Part shown: piece by piece, positions 15,549 to 15,767 of the stretch | How positions within the stretch are numbered: position 1 is the first letter of the stretch | Layout: each line of letters begins with the position of its first letter | Assembly: GCA_046758705.1 (NCBI GenBank) | Contig: JBHIAT010000078.1 | Location: forward strand, 1 to 15,767 | Reading direction: 5' to 3' | Length of the DNA: 15,767 nt | DNA from: Candidatus Bipolaricaulia bacterium | Lineage (GTDB): Bacteria; Bipolaricaulota; Bipolaricaulia; JBHIAT01 | The notes under the pieces: model-generated | The model's database searches: none | Seen by the model: only the letters and a program-made list of their open reading frames with translations | Told to the model about the DNA's origin: nothing | Program-made: the position numbers and the translations under genes

Positions 15549-15767
15549 ATGGAACAGACCATCAGCATTCGCATCAAGTGCCTTAAGCCCAACGCAGGCA
15601 AGGGTGAGCGACTAGCACACCAACAGCGCGAGTTCGTCCACGCCGCCAACTGGTTCCTCGACCGCATTGAGGCGTTGGGCACTACTTCCCGCAAGCAGCT
15701 CCATCGCGAGCTATACAGCTCAGCGCGTGAGCAGTTCGATCTGAATGCGGGTGTACTCCAGTGCGCA
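15549..15767 (+). CDS. tnpB: RNA-guided endonuclease TnpB family protein (N-terminal 73 aa, partial)
   Basis: MEQTISIRIKCLKPNAGKGERLAHQQREFVHAANWFLDRIEALGTTSRKQLHRELYSSAREQFDLNAGVLQCA has the TnpB/Cas12f-like N-terminal pattern. The RuvC domain is outside the window. Confidence 0.75.
   Translation, partial: MEQTISIRIKCLKPNAGKGERLAHQQREFVHAANWFLDRIEALGTTSRKQLHRELYSSAREQFDLNAGVLQCA

Larger units (their letters stand above)
15429..15767 (+). mobile_element. IS200/IS605-family element (IS1341-like, tnpB first), left end; runs off the window
   Basis: Begins just 3' of TTAC (15425-15428). Degenerate subterminal hairpin GAAGGCCCCTGCCTTTAG(CTTTAG)ACATGAGG, then a promoter and a tnpB-like ORF, with no tnpA between them. 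Confidence 0.75.

Noticed and set aside
1-15767. CRISPR array, tRNA (including tRNA-Sec) or rRNA
   Set aside because: No regularly spaced repeats or cloverleaf/rRNA motifs seen; the 21-bp repeat has only two copies 345 bp apart.

Overview
Bacterial accessory and metabolic region. It holds a run of mostly intact enzyme genes (nucleotidyltransferase, CMD/AhpD-like protein, SAM methyltransferase, GH65 glycoside hydrolase/phosphorylase, SDR, LtrA, group II PLP decarboxylase divergent from an agmatinase-like ureohydrolase, aldo/keto reductase, amidase, SnoaL-like protein) and two zones of gene debris (about 2060-2900 and 14410-15430). It ends in the left end and 5' part of a tnpB-carrying IS200/IS605-family element. 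The strongest hidden signal is that the ORFs 5601-5882 and 5913-6194 are probably one gene: an AhpD-like selenoprotein with a CxxU motif (in-frame TGA at 5880-5882) followed by a SECIS-like hairpin. Second is an AT-rich orphan gene (11843-12445) that resembles the eukaryotic ZCCHC4/EEF1AKMT1 N6-methyltransferase family, with a variant DPPR motif. Also seen: a toxin-antitoxin pair whose PIN toxin is cut off at a 21-bp direct repeat, a mosaic of four abutting unrelated gene fragments, and an IS insertion after TTAC inside a metallo-beta-lactamase metal motif. All family calls are from motif recognition by eye; no database searches were run.
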